This document shows, piece by piece, positions 53,146 through 63,211 of a DNA stretch of 64,000 bases. The position numbers and the translations under genes were made by a program. Position 1 is the first letter of the stretch; each line of letters starts with the position of its first letter. The stretch covers positions 6,528-70,527 of the forward strand of contig CANQRX010000001.1 in the NCBI GenBank assembly GCA_947626425.1, in the 5' to 3' direction. This stretch comes from an uncultured Bacilli bacterium (GTDB lineage Bacteria > Bacillota_I > Bacilli_A > RF39 > UBA660). The notes beneath the pieces are model-generated. The model was given only the letters and a program-made list of their open reading frames with translations. It was not told the origin of the DNA and did no database searches.

Positions 53146-54270
53146 TTAGAATGTTTTAATTGGTAATATTAATTGAATTAATGACTCATCTGATAAAGAT
53201 TTAATTATCAATGGTTTAACATCATTATTAGCTAGTATTACGATGTCATCATCATGAATTGTTTTTAAAGCTTCAAGCATAAATTTGGCACTGAAAGAAA
53301 TTTCAATACTTGCTTTTTCATCCGTATCAATTGTTAACACTTCTTCTGTCTTCCCAATTTCTGAAGCATAAGAGTTAATAACCATTTGTTTATGGTCTAC
53401 TTTCATTTTAATAATGTTTTTATCTTTTCCTTGGGTTAATAAGGCAGCTCTATCCACAGCGCCTCCAAAATCGTTTCTTTTTAATTGAATAATTATTTCA
53501 AATTCAGTTGGAATTAAATTCGAAGTATTAGGATAAGTACCAGATAAAATATTAGATTGAAATTTAATATTTTTGTATTCAAATAACACCCGATTATTAA
53601 AAACGTGAATTGATACAGGATCATCATCAACAATAATTCTTTCTAATTCGATAATATTTTTTCCTGGAACAACAATGTTTATATCATTTTGAACAGGAGT
53701 AGATAACTTAACATTTTTTTTCGCTAAACGATAAGAATCAGTGGCAATACACTCTAGTAAATCACCAGTTATTTTAAAATTTATTCCTGTTAGAATTGGC
53801 CGTAATTCTTGATTGGAAATTGCAAAAGATGTTTGGTTGATAATTGATTTTAATAAATCACCATTAATAACAATCGGTTCTTTATGTAAAGAAAGTTTAA
53901 TATTTGGATAATCACTTGGATCTAAACAATTCAAATCATATTGGTTAAAGTCTGAATAAATTTTAATTTTCAAGTTATCCACCAATTCAAAATTAATTAA
54001 ATCACTAGGCATTTTTCGAATAATATCTAAAATATATTTACTATTAATAATAATTGTTCCCGTTTCTTCAATTTTTTCAATGCTTTCTTTATCAATAAAA
54101 GTTTCAATAGTTAGTTCACTATCACTAGCTAATAAAGTTAAGCCTTTTTCCGTTAAATCAAACTTAATACCATTTAAAACTGGTATAACATTCTTAGTTG
54201 AAACTCCTTTAATTACATTTGTTAAATTTTCTAATAATATTCCTTTTTCGATTGTAAATTTCATTTCCAT
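53146..54270 (-). CDS. dnaN: DNA polymerase III beta sliding clamp
   Basis: 374 aa, three-domain clamp; directly downstream of dnaA. Confidence 0.95.
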   Translation of the reverse strand: MEMKFTIEKGILLENLTNVIKGVSTKNVIPVLNGIKFDLTEKGLTLLASDSELTIETFIDKESIEKIEETGTIIINSKYILDIIRKMPSDLINFELVDNLKIKIYSDFNQYDLNCLDPSDYPNIKLSLHKEPIVINGDLLKSIINQTSFAISNQELRPILTGINFKITGDLLECIATDSYRLAKKNVKLSTPVQNDINIVVPGKNIIELERIIVDDDPVSIHVFNNRVLFEYKNIKFQSNILSGTYPNTSNLIPTEFEIIIQLKRNDFGGAVDRAALLTQGKDKNIIKMKVDHKQMVINSYASEIGKTEEVLTIDTDEKASIEISFSAKFMLEALKTIHDDDIVILANNDVKPLIIKSLSDESLIQLILPIKTF

Positions 54271-54277
54271 TCCTTCT

Positions 54278-54334
54278 TTCTTTTTTATTTATTATATATA
54301 TTAATAATAATAACAATGTTGATAATGTGGATAA
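54278..54334. promoter_or_regulatory. oriC: oriC unwinding module: AT-rich DUE (54278-54300) - (TAA)4 DnaA-trio-like repeat (54302-54313) - tandem DnaA boxes TGTTGATAA (54317-54325) and TGTGGATAA (54326-54334)
   Basis: Arrangement mirrors the Bacillus basal unwinding system (box6-box7, trinucleotide repeats, AT-rich 27-mer) in the dnaA-dnaN spacer. Confidence 0.6.
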
Positions 54335-54375
54335 CTTTTAACTTTCCTTTATTTATGGGCTTTAACAGGCCAAAG

Positions 54376-54415
54376 TTATCCACAAAGTTATCCACTTTTT
54401 ATAAAGTTATCCACA
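54376..54415. promoter_or_regulatory. oriC: DnaA-box cluster downstream of dnaA (incC-like)
   Basis: TTATCCACA at 54376-54384 and 54407-54415; TTATCCACT at 54388-54396; all in the same orientation with ~11-20 bp spacing. Confidence 0.8.
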
Positions 54416-54416
54416 T

Positions 54417-55808
54417 TCACATCGAATTCTTAATTTCTTCCAGTTGCTTTTCTAAGCTTTCATTATTCTTTAAATCACGCTTAATTTTGTCACAAGCGTG
54501 GATAACTGTCGAATGATCTCTTCCCCCAAACTCTAAACCAATTCGATTATAGTTTTCTTCTGACATACTCCTTGAAAGATACATCCCAATCATGCGTGGA
54601 TAAGCAATATTAGCGCTTTTTCTTTTTCCTTTTAAATCATCCACAGTAATTTTATAATAATCGGCCACTGCTTTTTGAATCTCCTCAATACTATTTTTAT
54701 TATAGATATTAATGTTAACAAAATCAGCTAAAGCCTCAACGGCAAAGTTAAGATCAATTTTTTCAGGAACAATCATTGCCGTATAAGCCATTAACCGATT
54801 TAAAGCTCCTTCTAAGAAGCGAACATCATTTTGACAACTATTAGCTATATATTCTATAACATTTTCATCAATTTTAGTTGATATTGTCATATTTTTTAAT
54901 TTCAATTTTAATATTTTACAACGTAGTTCAAAATCAGGTGGATAAATATCCACAGGTAATCCCCAAGTAAACCGACTTCTTAACCGTTCCTCCAGTAATT
55001 TTAAATCGTTTGGACTTCGATCGGAACTAATTATAATTTGTTTATTTGCTTGATGTAAAGCATTAAAAGTGTGGAAAAATTCTTGCTGAGTTTTTTCGGC
55101 CCCAACTAAATACTGGATATCATCAATAATTAAAACGTCAATGTCGCGATATTTCTTTTTAAAATCCCCCGCTGCTTCAAAGTTATTATTGCCATATTTT
55201 GTATTAGAAATGTTGACATAGTCATCTTTAAACATTTCACTTGTCGTGTATAAAACTTTTTTATGGGTGTTATTAACAATATAATTGCCAATCGCATGCA
55301 TTAAGTGAGTTTTACCAATTCCACTTTTTCCATAAATAAATAAGGGATTGTGTACTTTTCCGGGCTGTTCAGCTACTGCTAAACCCGCGACTTTTGCTAA
55401 GCGATTAGAATCCCCCACAATATAATTATCAAAATTTAAATCTGGATTTAAGTTACTATTCCAAACTTCATTTTTGTTTTTTTCACTTTCCTTTGGCTTA
55501 TCAACAACATTCGTAGCTTCAATAACATCTGAGTTATCCACATTTTTATCAGGTTTATCCACTTCATCTTTTAATAAAAATTCAAAAGAATAATTAACAT
55601 TTGTAAGTTTGTAAAAAGTGTCATCCATTAAAGTATAATAAATATCACTAAGAACTTTTTTGTGAATTTCCATTGGAACTTGAATTGTTATTTTATCCTT
55701 TGTCATCGAGATTAGTTTTAAGTCATGAAACCAAGCGTGATAAGATGCAGAGTTGACTTCATTAACTATAATATCTAAAAAAGATTGCCAAAGATTTTTC
55801 TCCGTCAT
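54417..55808 (-). CDS. dnaA: chromosomal replication initiator DnaA
   Basis: 463 aa; AAA+ GKSGIGKTHLMHA, box VII and C-terminal DNA-binding HTH. Confidence 0.95.
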   Translation of the reverse strand: MTEKNLWQSFLDIIVNEVNSASYHAWFHDLKLISMTKDKITIQVPMEIHKKVLSDIYYTLMDDTFYKLTNVNYSFEFLLKDEVDKPDKNVDNSDVIEATNVVDKPKESEKNKNEVWNSNLNPDLNFDNYIVGDSNRLAKVAGLAVAEQPGKVHNPLFIYGKSGIGKTHLMHAIGNYIVNNTHKKVLYTTSEMFKDDYVNISNTKYGNNNFEAAGDFKKKYRDIDVLIIDDIQYLVGAEKTQQEFFHTFNALHQANKQIIISSDRSPNDLKLLEERLRSRFTWGLPVDIYPPDFELRCKILKLKLKNMTISTKIDENVIEYIANSCQNDVRFLEGALNRLMAYTAMIVPEKIDLNFAVEALADFVNINIYNKNSIEEIQKAVADYYKITVDDLKGKRKSANIAYPRMIGMYLSRSMSEENYNRIGLEFGGRDHSTVIHACDKIKRDLKNNESLEKQLEEIKNSM

Positions 55809-55906
55809 GCTACCACCCCACTGCCTTAAAAATATCTAAAACCATTCTAACGCATTTTTATTTTTTTTAAAAGAACTTTTTCCACTTTTCCACTAAAAAG
55901 CCAAAG

Positions 55907-56202
55907 TTATCCACATCTAAAAAAAGGTATCCCCAAATTATCCACCGAGTTATGCACATTTTTACCAAAGTTATCAACACTACATTTGCCTTAAATAAAG
56001 GGAAAAACCTAGTTATCCACATTATCAACATTGGCTTAATCAACAATTTATCAACATGTGAATAACTTTATCCACCTTAATGTGGATATGTTGATAACTT
56101 TTAAACATTGCCCTATTTAAGGGACTTCATAACCAAAATAAATGTGGATAAAATGTGAATAAGATTGTGGATTAGCTTTTTCATACTCAAAAGTTATCCA
56201 CA
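55907..56202. promoter_or_regulatory. oriC: DnaA-box cluster upstream of dnaA (incA/B-like), at least 15 boxes in both orientations
   Basis: Perfect TTATCCACA/TGTGGATAA at 55907-15, 56013-21, 56143-51 and 56194-202. One-mismatch boxes at 55938-46, 55950-58, 55971-79, 56022-30, 56048-56, 56057-65, 56068-76, 56081-89, 56090-98, 56155-63 and 56166-74. Confidence 0.8.
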
Positions 56203-56296
56203 TTCTCAAATAAGGATGCTCTCTGTTAATTTTAAGTTGACTTTTCAACAGTCTTAATATTATAATAAGGAAGATTTTAAAAAAGGAGGGATACTC

Positions 56297-56419
56297 ATGA
56301 TCGGTACTTATCAACCAAATAAAAGAAAATGTAAAAAGAAACATGGTTTTTTTGCGAGAAAAGAAACAAATATTTTAAAAAATAGAAGAAAAAAAGGTCG
56401 CAAAAGATTATGTAAATAA
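56297..56419 (+). CDS. rpmH: 50S ribosomal protein L34
   Basis: 40 aa MIGTYQPNKRKCKKKHGFFARKETNILKNRRKKGRKRLCK; SD AAAAGGAGGG at 56281-56290; not in the ORF track because it is under 60 aa. Confidence 0.85.
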   Translation: MIGTYQPNKRKCKKKHGFFARKETNILKNRRKKGRKRLCK

Positions 56420-56466
56420 CCACATATTAATGTGGATTTTTTAATTTCTATGCGAGGAGGAACAAA

Positions 56467-56799
56467 GTGAAAAAATGCGAAATGATTAAATCTCACCAAG
56501 AATTTAGCCAAATTATCAACAATGCTAAATTTTGGAAAAATAAAAATTTTGTTTTATATGAAACTCCTAGTAATTACAAATATTCCCATTTTGGCATTGC
56601 CGTTTCTAAAAAATTAGGAAATGCTGTTTCTCGGAATAAAATTAAAAGAAGAATGCGAATGATTTTAGATAAAGCTAAAAATAAGTTGAGAACTAACTGC
56701 GATTATATTATAATAATGAAAGAAAATTCTGGTAAAATTTCATTTCATGAATTAGAACAGAGTTTTCAAAATTTAATCGACAGAAAGGAAAATGAATGA
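56467..56799 (+). CDS. rnpA: ribonuclease P protein component
   Basis: FGIAVSKKLGNAVSRNKIKRRMR RNR-like motif; GTG at 56467 or ATG at 56482. Confidence 0.85.
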   Translation: MKKCEMIKSHQEFSQIINNAKFWKNKNFVLYETPSNYKYSHFGIAVSKKLGNAVSRNKIKRRMRMILDKAKNKLRTNCDYIIIMKENSGKISFHELEQSFQNLIDRKENE

Positions 56800-57797
56800 A
56801 AACAAAAAAGAAATCATTGGCAGTTCTTCTTGTAGCAATTTTGTTATTAACCAGTGGCTGCGGAAGTGATAACTATTTAAAGGATGAGAATGGTAATATT
56901 ATTACTAACACCGAAACTGGCCAAAGTGTTCAAAAGAATATATTATGTCAACCGCAAGAAGATTCGCAATTATATAAAATATATCAAGAACATAATGATC
57001 AACTTGATGTTAAACTTGAAGATTTACCAAAATGTAATGAATTTAATTTATCATCAAATAAATACCGTGGTTTATGGAATTCACTTCTTGTACGACCAAT
57101 CGCTTTGATTGTTTTAAAACTCGGTTACTTAATCAATAACTTTGGTTTATCCGTTATGATTGTTGGTTTATTAATTCGTTTAATTATGTTACCACTTTCG
57201 TTAAAAAGTGTTCGGCAATCGGCTAGCATTCAAAAAGCTCAACCTGAATTAGCAAAAATTGAAAAAAAATATGCTAATAAAACTGATAATGCTTCCATGA
57301 TGCAAAAAAGTCAAGAAATGATGCTTGTTTATCAAAAATATAAAATCAATCCAGTATCAGGATGTTTATTGGCTTTAATTCAAATCCCTTTATTTTTTGC
57401 TTTTCTTGATGCAATAAATAAAGTTCCCGCGATTTTTGAAGGATCATTATTTGGAATGCAATTAGGAATGACCCCATGGAAAGGAATTAATCAAGGGCAA
57501 TATATTTATATAGTTTTAATATTTTTAATCATTGCCACAACTTATATATCATTTAAAAATTCAATGAATCAAAATAATACCAACGATGAAATGATGCAAC
57601 AAATGAGTTTTATGTTTAAATTTATGATTATAAGTATTTCCATTGCATCATTTACATTGCCAACCGCAATTGCTTTCTACTGGATAGTCACAAATGGATT
57701 TGCCTTTATTCAAAATATTATCATTAAACGTATTTTAGAAAATGAAAATGATGGACATCATAAAATAATTGATATAAAATCAAGAAAAAGGAAGTGA
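56796..57797 (+). CDS. yidC: membrane protein insertase YidC/SpoIIIJ (lipoprotein)
   Basis: Lipobox LLTSGC, 5-TM 60-kDa insertase core, basic C-terminal tail. Confidence 0.9.
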   Translation: MKTKKKSLAVLLVAILLLTSGCGSDNYLKDENGNIITNTETGQSVQKNILCQPQEDSQLYKIYQEHNDQLDVKLEDLPKCNEFNLSSNKYRGLWNSLLVRPIALIVLKLGYLINNFGLSVMIVGLLIRLIMLPLSLKSVRQSASIQKAQPELAKIEKKYANKTDNASMMQKSQEMMLVYQKYKINPVSGCLLALIQIPLFFAFLDAINKVPAIFEGSLFGMQLGMTPWKGINQGQYIYIVLIFLIIATTYISFKNSMNQNNTNDEMMQQMSFMFKFMIISISIASFTLPTAIAFYWIVTNGFAFIQNIIIKRILENENDGHHKIIDIKSRKRK

Positions 57798-57801
57798 TAT
57801 T

Positions 57802-58383
57802 ATGATTGAAACAAAAGGAAGTACTTTACTAGAAGCAGTTGAAAATGCCAAAAATGAACTTAAAACGGAAAAAATAATTTATATTAAAAGTGAAAATGAA
57901 GATTCTTCAGAATTTGCAATTAAAGCGATTTCTTATCAAGAATTAACTGAAAAAATTAAAGATTATTTATATGAAATAATTGAACCTCTAGGCGTTCTCG
58001 TTAATTTTGAAACCAATATTCGGGAAGAAACAATTAACATTGTGATGTATTCCAATAATAATCCAATTTTAATTGGAAAAAATGGTCAAACTTTGAAAGC
58101 TTTAGAGATTTTAGTAAAAACTAAAATACAGAATGAATGGAAAGCTTGTCCTAAAATAATTTTAGATATTGCTAATTATAAAGAAAGAAGAATTGAACAA
58201 TTAGAAAGATTAGCTATCAAAGTTGCTAAAGAAGTAAGAGACACTAAAATTTCAGTGGAATTAGAAAACATGAATTCTTATGAACGACGAATAATTCATA
58301 ATAAGTTATCTAATTTTAAAGGTGTTTCAACTCACAGTGTTGGTGAAGAACCTAATCGCCATGTGGTAGTTCAAGCAGAGTAA
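57802..58383 (+). CDS. jag: RNA-binding protein Jag/KhpB (KH + R3H)
   Basis: ILIGKNGQTLKALE (KH GXXG) and C-terminal R3H ERRIIHNKLS..GVSTHSVGEEPNRHVVV. Confidence 0.8.
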   Translation: MIETKGSTLLEAVENAKNELKTEKIIYIKSENEDSSEFAIKAISYQELTEKIKDYLYEIIEPLGVLVNFETNIREETINIVMYSNNNPILIGKNGQTLKALEILVKTKIQNEWKACPKIILDIANYKERRIEQLERLAIKVAKEVRDTKISVELENMNSYERRIIHNKLSNFKGVSTHSVGEEPNRHVVVQAE

Positions 58384-59112
58384 ATGAAAAATTTTACTCT
58401 TTTTTTTATAAAAATTTTATTTCCCGGGAAATAATTTTATCTAAATTTTATTAAAAAACATCAAAAAATGAAATATGAATAAAAATGTTGATAACTATAT
58501 AAAATAAAAAATATTAATCAAACCTTTTAAATTAACCTAAAGAAAAAATGAGAACTTTAAAAAATAAAAAATTGCCATTATTTATTAGCCATAAAGGTCT
58601 TTAAAAACGTACTTTATAAAAACCTACATTTATATAATAAAAATAAACTTAAAGTTCATCATCTAAATTTATCAGTCTTCCTAACCATCAATAAAAATTT
58701 ATAATTGTTATAACAACTTTCAAAGTTACATTAAAAAAATAATTTCAATTGGAAAAGTTGATAAGTATGATAACTCGAAAAAAATAAACAAATCCCCTAT
58801 TTTTAAACTAAAATTTTTTGTTTTTTTAACCAGTTTTATTATAAAAGAAAATTATCAGTTCTATATACAAAGAAATTCCTTTTTTTAAAATGACAATTTA
58901 TGTATTCTATTAAAATACAATTTTCATCTAGTCCTTTTGTTAATTTACGATTCACCTTTTTCAAACATTTTCCCTATTAATTTTGGATGATAAATTGTTT
59001 ATTTAAAAGCTTAATTTATTCTAAGTTTATTACATATTTATAAAATAATAAAATGTCGATAACTACAGTTTGCTATTTTTCTAAAAATTTCTTCGTCCTC
59101 TTTCAATTTATG

Positions 59113-59147
59113 CTTGTCAAATTATTTTTAAAATGATAATATCAAAA
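59113..59147 (+). promoter_or_regulatory. putative sigma-A promoter for mnmE (TTGTCA-17-TAATAT)
   Basis: TTGTCA at 59113-59118; TGATAATAT extended -10-like ~17 nt downstream. Confidence 0.35.
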
Positions 59148-59183
59148 TGGGAAATTGTAACCTTATATAGGAAGTGATTTTAA

Positions 59184-60539
59184 ATGAAAGATACAATTGC
59201 GGCAATATCAACAAATAATATAGGAGTAGGAGCAATAAACATAATTCGCATAAGTGGGACAGAGGCTTTCGCTATTTTAACTAAAATTTTTAGCAATTCA
59301 AAAATAGGGGAGGCGCCTTCCCATACCATCCATTACGGGTATATTAAAGAAAAAGATCTTATTGTTGACGAAGTATTAGTTATGATTATGAAAGCACCTA
59401 AAACTTATACAAAAGAAGACATCGTTGAAATAAATTGCCATGGGGGAACTTCAGTAACCAAGAAAATCCTGGAATTAGTTTTGAAAAATGGAGCTCGCTT
59501 AGCTGAACCAGGCGAATTTACTAAACGCGCTTTCTTAAATGGCCGCATTAATTTAATGGAAGCCGAAGCTGTAAATGACCTTTTAGAAGCTAAAATAGAT
59601 AGTCAATCCCAAATTGCTTTAAATTCTTTAAATGGCAAAACAACCGAATTAATTTCCGAACTTCGGGAAAAAATAGTTTCTTTACTAGCGAATATTGAAG
59701 TTAATATTGATTATCCTGAATATCAAGATGAACTCCAAATTACTAAACAAAATATCACCCCTATGTTAGAAGAAATTAAATACCGCTTAAATAATATTAT
59801 CAAAGAATCCCAAAATGGCCAGTTGATTAAAAATGGAATTAATGTTGCCATCATCGGAAAACCGAATGTTGGCAAAAGTTCTCTTTTGAATGCTTTAATT
59901 GAAGAAGATAAAGCTATTGTGACCGACATTCAAGGAACTACAAGAGATATAATCGAAGGCCAAATCATTTATCAAGGTATTTTAATTAATTTTTTAGATA
60001 CCGCCGGAATTCGTCAAACTTCGGATGAAATTGAAAAAATTGGGGTCGAAAAAAGTAAAAAAATTCTTGCTCAAGCAGATATAGCCATTTTAGTATTAAA
60101 CAATAATGAAAAAATAACCGAAGAAGAACAAACAATTTTAAAACAAATTGAACAAAAAACTGGCTTTATCTTTGTTAATAAAACGGATTTACCAACTAAT
60201 TTAACCGTTCCTTCGACGACATTGCCAATAATAAAAGGTAACGTTATTAATAATGAAGGCATCGAAAACATAAAAAAAGAAATTATCAAAATATTAAATT
60301 TAGAAAATATAAACGAAAAAGACTATGTCTACATTACCAATACTCGCCAAATAAGCTTAATTAAAAAATCACTCACGTGCATTGAAAACGTTATAAAAGC
60401 TAATCAAGATAATCTTCCTATTGATATTTTAGCTATTGATTTAAAAGAAGCTTGGGATCTTTTAGGCCAAGTAATAGGGGAGTCATATGAAGAAGAATTA
60501 GTCGACAACATTTTTAAAAGATTTTGTTTAGGAAAATAG
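59184..60539 (+). CDS. mnmE: tRNA modification GTPase MnmE
   Basis: G-domain GKPNVGKSSLLNAL and C-terminal CLGK. Confidence 0.9.
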   Translation: MKDTIAAISTNNIGVGAINIIRISGTEAFAILTKIFSNSKIGEAPSHTIHYGYIKEKDLIVDEVLVMIMKAPKTYTKEDIVEINCHGGTSVTKKILELVLKNGARLAEPGEFTKRAFLNGRINLMEAEAVNDLLEAKIDSQSQIALNSLNGKTTELISELREKIVSLLANIEVNIDYPEYQDELQITKQNITPMLEEIKYRLNNIIKESQNGQLIKNGINVAIIGKPNVGKSSLLNALIEEDKAIVTDIQGTTRDIIEGQIIYQGILINFLDTAGIRQTSDEIEKIGVEKSKKILAQADIAILVLNNNEKITEEEQTILKQIEQKTGFIFVNKTDLPTNLTVPSTTLPIIKGNVINNEGIENIKKEIIKILNLENINEKDYVYITNTRQISLIKKSLTCIENVIKANQDNLPIDILAIDLKEAWDLLGQVIGESYEEELVDNIFKRFCLGK

Positions 60540-60556
60540 GAAAGAAGGAAATAAAC

Positions 60557-62422
60557 ATGGACTTTGAAATAATAGTAGTAGGAGCTGGTCATGCTGGCAT
60601 CGAAGCTAGCCATATTTCAGCTTTTAAAAACCATAAAACACTTTTAATAACTAGTAACGAAAAAAACATAGCCGATATGCCATGTAATCCATCTATTGGC
60701 GGTTCGGCCAAAGGAATTATTGTTCGTGAAATAGATGCCTTAGGCGGATTAATGGGAAAAATTGCTGATAAATCTCATTTTCAAATTAAAATGCTAAATA
60801 ATTCTAAAGGACCTGCTGTTCGTGCTTTGCGAGCTCAAGCGGATAAAGTAACATACCGTCAAAATATGCTTAAAGCCTTAAAGGATACCAAAAATCTTAC
60901 CATTAAAGAAGGCATGGTCGAAGATTTAATTATTGAAAATAACCAAGTAAAAGGCGTAATTTTAGCCAATGGGGAAAAAATTACGAGCCAAATTGTTATT
61001 TTAACAACCGGAACTTATCTGAAAGCTAATATTTTAATAGGCTCATCATCAACCCCAAGTGGACCTCATGGGGAACAAAGAAGTAATAGGCTAAGCGACA
61101 ATCTAAAAAAATACGGTCATCAAATTCAACGCTTAAAAACGGGAACCCCTCAAAGAATCAAAGCCTCTTCAATCGATTTTAACCAAATGCAAGAAGAAAA
61201 GGGTGATTCCCAATATTGGACGTTTTCTTGCGACGATGAACCATCTTACGATATTAACAATCAACAAAAATGCTATTTAATTTATACCAATGCTCAAACT
61301 CATCAAATTGTCCTAAACAATCTTGACAAATCTGCTATGTATGGGGGCTATGTTACAGGCGTCGGTCCAAGATATTGTCCAAGTATTGAAGATAAGCTAG
61401 TGAGATTTAAAGACAAAGAACGGCACCAACTTTTTTTAGAACCAGAAAGTTTAGCCTATGATGAATGGTATCTCCAAGGATTTTCTACATCGATGCCTAA
61501 AGATATTCAAGAACAAATGGTTCACAGTTTAAAAGGCTTGGAAAATGCCATAATTACTAAATATGCTTATGCAATTGAATACGATGCGATAGATCCTCTC
61601 GAAATAAACCCCTCATTAGAATCAAAAATAATTAATAATCTTTTTACAGCTGGGCAAATAAATGGCACCAGTGGCTATGAAGAAGCCGCAGCTCAAGGCC
61701 TAATGGCTGGCATAAATGCTAGTTTAAAATTAGAAAACAAGGAGCCTTTAATTTTAAAAAGAAACGATGCTTACATAGGAGTTTTAATTGATGATTTAGT
61801 AACCAAAGGCACCAAAGAACCCTATCGAATGTTAACATCCCGAGCCGAATATCGTTTAATTCTTCGTCATGATAATGCTGATCTTCGTCTAAGAAAATAT
61901 GCTCATGAAATTGGAAGCATTACTGAAACTCAATATCAAAATTACCAAAATAAATTAAAATTACTAACAGATTGTGAAAATTTCTTAAAACAAACAACTT
62001 TAAAAATGACCGAAGAAAATAAAAAATACTTTGTTGACCAAAATTATGCAGTTCCCACGACGAGCTTAACATTTTATGAACTTTTAAAACGCCCAGAAAT
62101 AACTTTAGCATTTTTAAACAACTTTCAAACTATTCCTTTTCCTAAAGAGATAACTGATGAAATGGAAATAACAATCAAATACGAAGGATACATTGCCAAA
62201 ATGAACAAAGAAATTTCTAAAATGGAAAAATTAGAAAGCAAACAAATTCCGAAAGATATTGATTATCAAAAAATTAAAAATTTAGCTTCGGAAGCCCGCC
62301 AAAAATTAGAAAAAATAAGACCCATTTCTATAGGTCAAGCCTCCCGTATAAGTGGGGTAAATCCCAGCGACATTACAATTTTAAGCATTTATTTAAAGAA
62401 AGAATATGGTAAAAATGACTGA
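60557..62422 (+). CDS. mnmG: tRNA uridine 5-carboxymethylaminomethyl modification enzyme MnmG
   Basis: FAD site MDFEIIVVGAGHAGIEAS; SD AAGGAA at 60545-60550. Confidence 0.95.
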   Translation: MDFEIIVVGAGHAGIEASHISAFKNHKTLLITSNEKNIADMPCNPSIGGSAKGIIVREIDALGGLMGKIADKSHFQIKMLNNSKGPAVRALRAQADKVTYRQNMLKALKDTKNLTIKEGMVEDLIIENNQVKGVILANGEKITSQIVILTTGTYLKANILIGSSSTPSGPHGEQRSNRLSDNLKKYGHQIQRLKTGTPQRIKASSIDFNQMQEEKGDSQYWTFSCDDEPSYDINNQQKCYLIYTNAQTHQIVLNNLDKSAMYGGYVTGVGPRYCPSIEDKLVRFKDKERHQLFLEPESLAYDEWYLQGFSTSMPKDIQEQMVHSLKGLENAIITKYAYAIEYDAIDPLEINPSLESKIINNLFTAGQINGTSGYEEAAAQGLMAGINASLKLENKEPLILKRNDAYIGVLIDDLVTKGTKEPYRMLTSRAEYRLILRHDNADLRLRKYAHEIGSITETQYQNYQNKLKLLTDCENFLKQTTLKMTEENKKYFVDQNYAVPTTSLTFYELLKRPEITLAFLNNFQTIPFPKEITDEMEITIKYEGYIAKMNKEISKMEKLESKQIPKDIDYQKIKNLASEARQKLEKIRPISIGQASRISGVNPSDITILSIYLKKEYGKND

Positions 62423-63113
62423 ACAAGAATTTATAGAAGAATTACAAAAACTTAATATCACTTTAACGCAAACTCAAATAAACCAATTTCATATCTATGC
62501 TGATTTTTTGCAAAAATATAATGAACACACGAACCTAACAGCCATTAAAACCCTCGAAGATATTTATCTAAAACATTTTTATGACAGCTTAACTCTGACT
62601 AAAATAATTAATTTAGACCAAGGCAAATTACTAGATATTGGAACTGGGGCCGGATTTCCTGGTTTAGTTTTAGCAATAACTTATCCCAAATTACAAGTAA
62701 CATTGGTAGACTCAAATAATAAAAAAATAACCTTTTTAAAAGAATGCTTGAAATTATTAAAAATCGCCAATGTAAATATTATCTCTGATCGGGCAGAAAA
62801 CTATACAAGGACCCATCGCGAAGAATATGATTACGTAACTTCAAGAGCTGTAGCTCAACTTCGAATTTTAATTGAACTTGGAATTCCGTCTTTAAAAATA
62901 AATCAATATTTAATTGCCATGAAAAGCCATTCCGAAGATGAAGTAGCCGATTCCCAAATTGCTTTACAAAAATTAAATTGCCAAATTGTTGACCAAATAA
63001 ACTTCGATTTACCAAATAATGCTGGTTATCGAACTTTAATAAAAATAATTAAAAATCAAGAAACGCCAAGCATTTACCCTCGAACTTATGATAAAATTAA
63101 GAAAAAAATTTAA
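62406..63113 (+). CDS. rsmG: 16S rRNA (guanine527-N7)-methyltransferase RsmG
   Basis: SAM motif DIGTGAGFPGLVLA. Confidence 0.9.
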   Translation: MVKMTEQEFIEELQKLNITLTQTQINQFHIYADFLQKYNEHTNLTAIKTLEDIYLKHFYDSLTLTKIINLDQGKLLDIGTGAGFPGLVLAITYPKLQVTLVDSNNKKITFLKECLKLLKIANVNIISDRAENYTRTHREEYDYVTSRAVAQLRILIELGIPSLKINQYLIAMKSHSEDEVADSQIALQKLNCQIVDQINFDLPNNAGYRTLIKIIKNQETPSIYPRTYDKIKKKI

Positions 63114-63211
63114 TATTCTAATTTATTTTAAAGTCTTATAATAATTTCGAGCATATAATAAAAATGACTTTTACTAACTTTTGAGTTATAATATCGAAAA
63201 AGGTGGAGAAA

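Noticed and set aside
56117-56511. Minus-strand ORFs 56117..56344 and 56311..56511 in the oriC/rpmH region
   Set aside because: They overlap the DnaA-box cluster and the well-supported rpmH/rnpA genes on the other strand; hydrophobic junk translation of AT-rich DNA.
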